From Guillardia theta CCMP2712 (lineage: Eukaryota > Protista > Cryptophyta), in NCBI RefSeq assembly GCF_000315625.1, contig NW_005434560.1, forward strand, positions 128,020-192,019: a DNA stretch of 64,000 nt, in the 5' to 3' direction. A program made the position numbers and the translations under genes. Positions within the stretch are counted from its first letter, which is position 1. Each line of letters begins with the position of its first letter. Shown piece after piece: positions 59,677 through 64,000 of the stretch. The notes below the pieces were generated by a model, which worked only from the letters and a program-made list of their open reading frames with translations, had not been told where the DNA came from and made no database searches.

Positions 59677-60033
59677 ATGAAGACAGTGACCATGCTTGCT
59701 GCCGCCCTCGTCGGACTCACCCCGCTCCCGCTCTCGTACTCCTTCCAGACGCTCGGCAATCACCCCTCTCACCTGTCCGCCCCCTCCCTCCCGGCCCTCA
59801 CCCAACCGCTCTTCCAGGCCCTCACCCAACCGCTCTTCCAGCGCACCGCAACTCTCTCCCAGCGCGTGGCCGTCCCTGAAGCTCCCATCCAAGTTCCCAT
59901 CTCTGAAACTCCCATCCAAGCTCCCGTCCCTGAAATTTCATATGCGCTTACCCCCATCCTGGCAGTGGAGGAGATGGAAGCGGCAGGAGATGTCCAGTCA
60001 ACGCCGGAGAGGTCAGGAGAGGGGGAGGAGTAA
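59677..60033 (+). CDS. Small secreted Pro-rich protein with internal repeats
   Basis: Signal peptide; ALTQPLFQ x2, PxxExPIQ repeats; TATATAAAA at 59641. Confidence 0.55.
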   Translation: MKTVTMLAAALVGLTPLPLSYSFQTLGNHPSHLSAPSLPALTQPLFQALTQPLFQRTATLSQRVAVPEAPIQVPISETPIQAPVPEISYALTPILAVEEMEAAGDVQSTPERSGEGEE

Positions 60034-60054
60034 AAAAGAATTTTCATAAACACA

Positions 60055-62400
60055 CTAAATACTCACAAAATTAACCCTATCCTTCTTCATCAAGCTCTCG
60101 CGCAGCCCCTTCATCGCGCACTTGTTCATCTGGTGGACGGCGATGATCTTCCCGCCCAGCGTCACCTGGTAGCGCTGCGCCTGGTTCTGCCCCACCCAGG
60201 CGGCGACCTCCGCGGTTTTGCTGGGAGCCAGGACATAGCTGATGGGGATCGTGTCGGGGCCGTAGAGGCAGCGTCCCAGCGGGCGGTCGAGCTTCTTCCC
60301 GATTAGGGCGGTGCTGCTCTCGATCGGGGGCAGGGCGTAGCGCGCCATCAGGAGCGTCTCCTTCCTCTCCTCCTCCGTGAAGTCGATCTTGATGCCGCGC
60401 AGGGAGGGGTCGGAGGTGCTCACCGCCTCGGAGATCGGCACCCCCGCGACGGAGTTCTTCACCAGGATCGTGTCCCCGATCGTCGACACCACGTGCCAGA
60501 AGATGCCGTCCAGCTTCCCGATGTGCATCCAGGGCTTCATCTCCCGCGACGGCGCCATGAGCATCGTGCACTGGTTGTAGAAGGCAGCCTCCGTCAGCGG
60601 GGTGGGCGGGCCTCCTGCCGCCTGGATCTTCTGCGACACGTAGGCGCTCGGCTTCCCGACCACCTCCCCCCGTCCCGCGAAGCTTTCGATCCTCACCGCC
60701 GTCGTCAGCTCCGTCAGGATGCGGTCGTAGCTGCTCTGGTCGTTCTCGGCAGAGGAGGAGACGACGGCGCTGCTCGGAGCACTCTTGACACTCGAACTCC
60801 CGCGGACGATCATTGCCGCGCAGTGACCCGCGGGGTGCATGTTCATCGGCTTGCCCGACGCCGACATCTTCGCCGCCTTGGCCGTCATCAGCACCGCCCG
60901 CATGGAGGTGTCATGGATGTGCTCCCCAAACTCCCCGCACTGCCGCAGAACGCCCCGGAGCTCGTCATCCGTCCAGTCCTTCAGCTCGGGCTGCCCGCGG
61001 AGTGACTCGAGCACCACGCCCGCGAATTTCTCCGGCTCCATGCGTTCGAGGTCTGGGTACTCGTCGTAGATCACCCCGCACTTGCTACTCAGCCTCACGC
61101 AGAAGCGGCGCATGTAGCTGAACTGCAGGATCGCCATGTGAGCCAGGTCCTCGCAGTCCCCGTGGCGCAGGCCCTCGATGTAGCCCCGGCGCTTCTTGTC
61201 CAGGTGGTTGAAGAGCGACTCCCCGGGGGTGCGATTCTTGATCCTGGCACCGATGGAAGCTCCAAGGGCATCCCCCGCCCGCGCAGACCTCAGGTAGATG
61301 TCCGAGAACGGCACCATGATGTCCTCGCTCATTGCGTAGGAGGGCACCTTCTCCTGCTCTTCGCTATCTTCGTACACCTCGATGACGTAACCATCACCCT
61401 CCTCCCTCTCGATGATCGGCTTCAGGTCCCGCGGCGTCTTCTCCGCCAACATGGGTTTGACGTCGCTGGCGTAGGTGAAGTCCGAGGCGAACAGCCCGCC
61501 GACGTTGGCCAGGCAGTCGCCCGCCGACCTCGCGTCGATGCGGTCGTGGAACGACAACCCCGTCATCCGGAACAGGGACGAGGTGATGCCGAAGGCGTCG
61601 AGCGCCGTCGTCCTCGAGAGCCGGATCTTCTCCTGCATGATCACATCCATGTTCGTCAGGAGATCCACCAGCGTGTTCCCGATGCTGCTCACAAACGACC
61701 CAGTCATCACCCCCTCCGGGTGCCGCTTGATCCCGCGCTGCAGCAGCTCCGCGTAGAAGCGCTGCGAGATCAGGTTCTGCCGCATGTTGTAGCGGTGGAT
61801 GCGGTCCTGGCCCATGGGGATGAGCGTCTCCTCCATCGCACCAAAGGCCCGCAGCGCCGCCCGGTTCATCTCCCGGAACCTCCCCCGCATCCCCTCCGGC
61901 AGCGGCACCGCCTTCACCTTCAGCTCCACATCGGGCTGGACAGGGTCGTACCCGATGCTCATCAGCGCGCTCCTGGGCTTATCCTCTTCGACGCTCCCAA
62001 CGTCCCCGCAGGACACTTCCAGTAAGCCACGCAACGGCACCCTCCCCGTCCCGACATGGATGTCCTTGGAGTTCGGCGGGGCGCCCATCATCGCCAGCTG
62101 TTCCGGAGAAGGACCGGGCGCCACCGCCATCAGCTGCAGGTCCCTGACCTCCGCCTCCGCCAGGTCTCCCGACACCACGAACAGCCCCTCCCCCAGCGGC
62201 ACCGCCGAGTACGAGTTCCGGCAGCCCACCCATGCCATCGCGTGCTCAATGATGTCGTGCTCCACGCCCTTCCTCTCACACACTATGCGCACCGCCCCGA
62301 CGAAGGGCATCTTTGCCCCCTTCACGTTCAAGATTTCGTCCTTCAAGTCACTCCCTGCCGCACCCGACAACCTCGCACGCACGCGGACCCTGGCCGACAT
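60055..62400 (-). CDS. Transglutaminase-like/cysteine protease-fold protein
   Basis: GDCEDLA, then AGHCAAM, then RIES; TATATAAA at ~62425-62432. Confidence 0.6.
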   Translation of the reverse strand: MSARVRVRARLSGAAGSDLKDEILNVKGAKMPFVGAVRIVCERKGVEHDIIEHAMAWVGCRNSYSAVPLGEGLFVVSGDLAEAEVRDLQLMAVAPGPSPEQLAMMGAPPNSKDIHVGTGRVPLRGLLEVSCGDVGSVEEDKPRSALMSIGYDPVQPDVELKVKAVPLPEGMRGRFREMNRAALRAFGAMEETLIPMGQDRIHRYNMRQNLISQRFYAELLQRGIKRHPEGVMTGSFVSSIGNTLVDLLTNMDVIMQEKIRLSRTTALDAFGITSSLFRMTGLSFHDRIDARSAGDCLANVGGLFASDFTYASDVKPMLAEKTPRDLKPIIEREEGDGYVIEVYEDSEEQEKVPSYAMSEDIMVPFSDIYLRSARAGDALGASIGARIKNRTPGESLFNHLDKKRRGYIEGLRHGDCEDLAHMAILQFSYMRRFCVRLSSKCGVIYDEYPDLERMEPEKFAGVVLESLRGQPELKDWTDDELRGVLRQCGEFGEHIHDTSMRAVLMTAKAAKMSASGKPMNMHPAGHCAAMIVRGSSSVKSAPSSAVVSSSAENDQSSYDRILTELTTAVRIESFAGRGEVVGKPSAYVSQKIQAAGGPPTPLTEAAFYNQCTMLMAPSREMKPWMHIGKLDGIFWHVVSTIGDTILVKNSVAGVPISEAVSTSDPSLRGIKIDFTEEERKETLLMARYALPPIESSTALIGKKLDRPLGRCLYGPDTIPISYVLAPSKTAEVAAWVGQNQAQRYQVTLGGKIIAVHQMNKCAMKGLRESLMKKDRVNFVSI

Positions 62401-62493
62401 CTTGGGTGCTAGGCAACCAAGCGATTTATATACATGCATAGAAGGGGTGGTGGGGACGATGGAGACAAAACATCCTTGCTTTATTCGAAAACA

Positions 62494-62916
62494 CTAGCAC
62501 TCCTCCTCGTAATCCTTCCTCTTCCTCCCCGTCTCGGGCTCCCTTGCCTCCACCTGCGGCACGCGGTACGATAGCATGCCACTGACGAAGGAGACCACGC
62601 CAAGGTTATGCGGAAGGACACAACCCGAGGGAGGAGAGGAACGGTACCCACGGGCCCAGGCCAGCGCGCTCCCACGAAACTCCTTCCAGCTCCCGGCCTC
62701 CAGCGCAGCGCAAGGCACTCCCTCCGCCTCCGCCAGCGCCTCTGCCCTTACCCTCCGCTCTACCTCGTGCAGCGCTTCGGGCATATACTGCGGATCGGCG
62801 ATGACCACGCAGCACACCTCCAGGGTGGTGTCAGGCGCCGTCACCGGGGCTCCCGAGCTCATCACACCCGAGTGTTGCATCTTCGTCCTCCTCGCCATCC
62901 CATTCGTTGCCATCAC
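62494..62916 (-). CDS. Hypothetical protein
   Basis: GC3-rich; 5' end overlaps the upstream ORF; start uncertain. Confidence 0.5.
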   Translation of the reverse strand: MMATNGMARRTKMQHSGVMSSGAPVTAPDTTLEVCCVVIADPQYMPEALHEVERRVRAEALAEAEGVPCAALEAGSWKEFRGSALAWARGYRSSPPSGCVLPHNLGVVSFVSGMLSYRVPQVEAREPETGRKRKDYEEEC

Positions 62917-63586
62917 GTTTAATACACACCCGCACGCTGCTATCCCATTTCGTCCACCCCAGCGCCTTCCGCACGATGTAGGCGGTGTTGGGATGGCGGA
63001 AGACCGGGGAGCTGTTGTTCACGTCCCTGAACCAGCGCAGCACCACCCTCCGGATGAACGAGTTCACCTCGCTGCCACACTCCTCCAGTGCCTGGCGCAG
63101 GTGCTCGGGCAGCACGGCGGCGCGGTAGTAGTTCACCACCCGCTCCTTCCCTACCACCTTCTCCTCAAGGAGGCAGGAAAGCAGCCTCCGCATGTTCCGC
63201 ATGTCAGGGCACGCAACCTCCCCGGGAGCAAGGGAGAAGCAGATCAGCCGGTCGATCAGGAGATACACCTTCCGCTTCCCCACGCTCTGCTCCGCGTGCT
63301 CGTTGCTCGGCACCGACCTCCGGATCCAGTTGATGCAGGCCGTGCAGGCCGTCAGGCGGTAGTTGGGATCCTTCCTCGCCCCCGCCACCTCTCTCACCGA
63401 AGCCCACACAAACGGAGTCTCCCGCCAGCGGTTCTCTAACATGCACTGGAAGGTCCGCGCCGTCTTGCTCCGACGACCGTCCCCCGTGCCGAGGAGAACC
63501 CCGCACATAACACACACCTCATGGGAACGGAAGCACTCCCCCGTCAGCGAGCTTACAACCCGCATCGGCTGCTCCTTCCCCTCCAT
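62831..63586 (-). CDS. Zn-finger protein
   Basis: CVMC...CTAC. Confidence 0.65.
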   Translation of the reverse strand: MEGKEQPMRVVSSLTGECFRSHEVCVMCGVLLGTGDGRRSKTARTFQCMLENRWRETPFVWASVREVAGARKDPNYRLTACTACINWIRRSVPSNEHAEQSVGKRKVYLLIDRLICFSLAPGEVACPDMRNMRRLLSCLLEEKVVGKERVVNYYRAAVLPEHLRQALEECGSEVNSFIRRVVLRWFRDVNNSSPVFRHPNTAYIVRKALGWTKWDSSVRVCIKRDGNEWDGEEDEDATLGCDELGSPGDGA

Positions 63587-63704
63587 AGCGGCAGGGAGCG
63601 GCGGCGCGGGAGTCGACGGGCTTGAGCGCGGGAAGCAATAAAAACAAAAAAAAACAGGGGTGGTTTACCACCCCTACTCCCTGTGAATGGGATATTTGGG
63701 GGTG

Positions 63705-63898
63705 GGGTACTTACTGGTACTAAATTAAGTAATAGAGCGTAACAGAGAATCACAGAGTACTAATTAGTACTATATACATTAAGTAATATATATATAGTAT
63801 GTATATTATATATGTATATTATATATATATATTATATATATAGAACCGTTAATCTTAACGGTTTAACGGTTTAACGGTTTCCAGATGTACGCCAGGGG
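63705..63898. repeat. Second, partial copy of the ori-like element
   Basis: GGGTACTTAxxGGTACTAAATTxAGTAA as at 14391-14418; AT core; TTAACGGTTTAACGGTTTAACGGTTTCCAGAT matches the reverse complement of the 14473-14505 arm. Confidence 0.8.
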
Positions 63899-64000
63899 TG
63901 AGAGTGTGGAGGGCAGTGTGTGGCTATCTAATTCTTTGTGAGAAAAGGGAGTATTCCCCCCCCCGATATCTATTACTTAGAGGGGGACGGGGGGGGATAA

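Noticed and set aside
1-64000. Bacterial/phage or host-chromosome origin; tRNA and rRNA genes
   Set aside because: TATA/AATAAA signals, spliceosomal introns and H3 argue against prokaryotes; gene density and terminase argue against a host chromosome, though an endogenised virus cannot be excluded. No RNA genes were recognised.

Overview
This looks like a 64-kb segment of a large eukaryotic dsDNA virus, most likely a nucleus-replicating mirusvirus (Mirusviricota, Duplodnaviria; herpesvirus relatives). The assignment is inferred from motifs and has not been database-checked. Supporting genes: a herpes-type terminase broken by GT-AG spliceosomal introns, two (possibly three) triplex/cement-like capsid proteins, TBP, histone H3, an AEP primase, DcpS, TCP11, a herpes UL36-like deubiquitinase fold, a RING protein, and a possible heliorhodopsin start at the left edge. 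Genes are dense and monocistronic, most with TATA-like boxes ~30-50 nt upstream and AATAAA downstream; GC-rich conserved-looking genes alternate with AT-richer ORFans. Highlights: (1) The terminase C-terminal half starts at a splice acceptor just before Walker B, with no in-frame ATG and no Walker A exon in the window (candidate trans-splicing or giant intron); one of its introns nests an antisense gene. (2) A chromatin/transcription mimicry set: an H3 with a second N-terminal tail that keeps only K4 and has T6D/S10E/S28D phosphomimics, a separate 72-aa H3-tail-mimic/Zn-ribbon microprotein, and Pol II CTD-like heptads inside a 2048-aa non-polymerase protein. (3) A 365-bp oriS-like palindrome with CCGTTAAA iterons and an AT core, with a second partial copy 49 kb away. 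(4) A tandem cassette with conserved non-coding flanks but unrelated ORFs. Most overlapping antisense ORFs in the supplied track are GC shadow frames. No tRNA, rRNA or CRISPR array was recognised.
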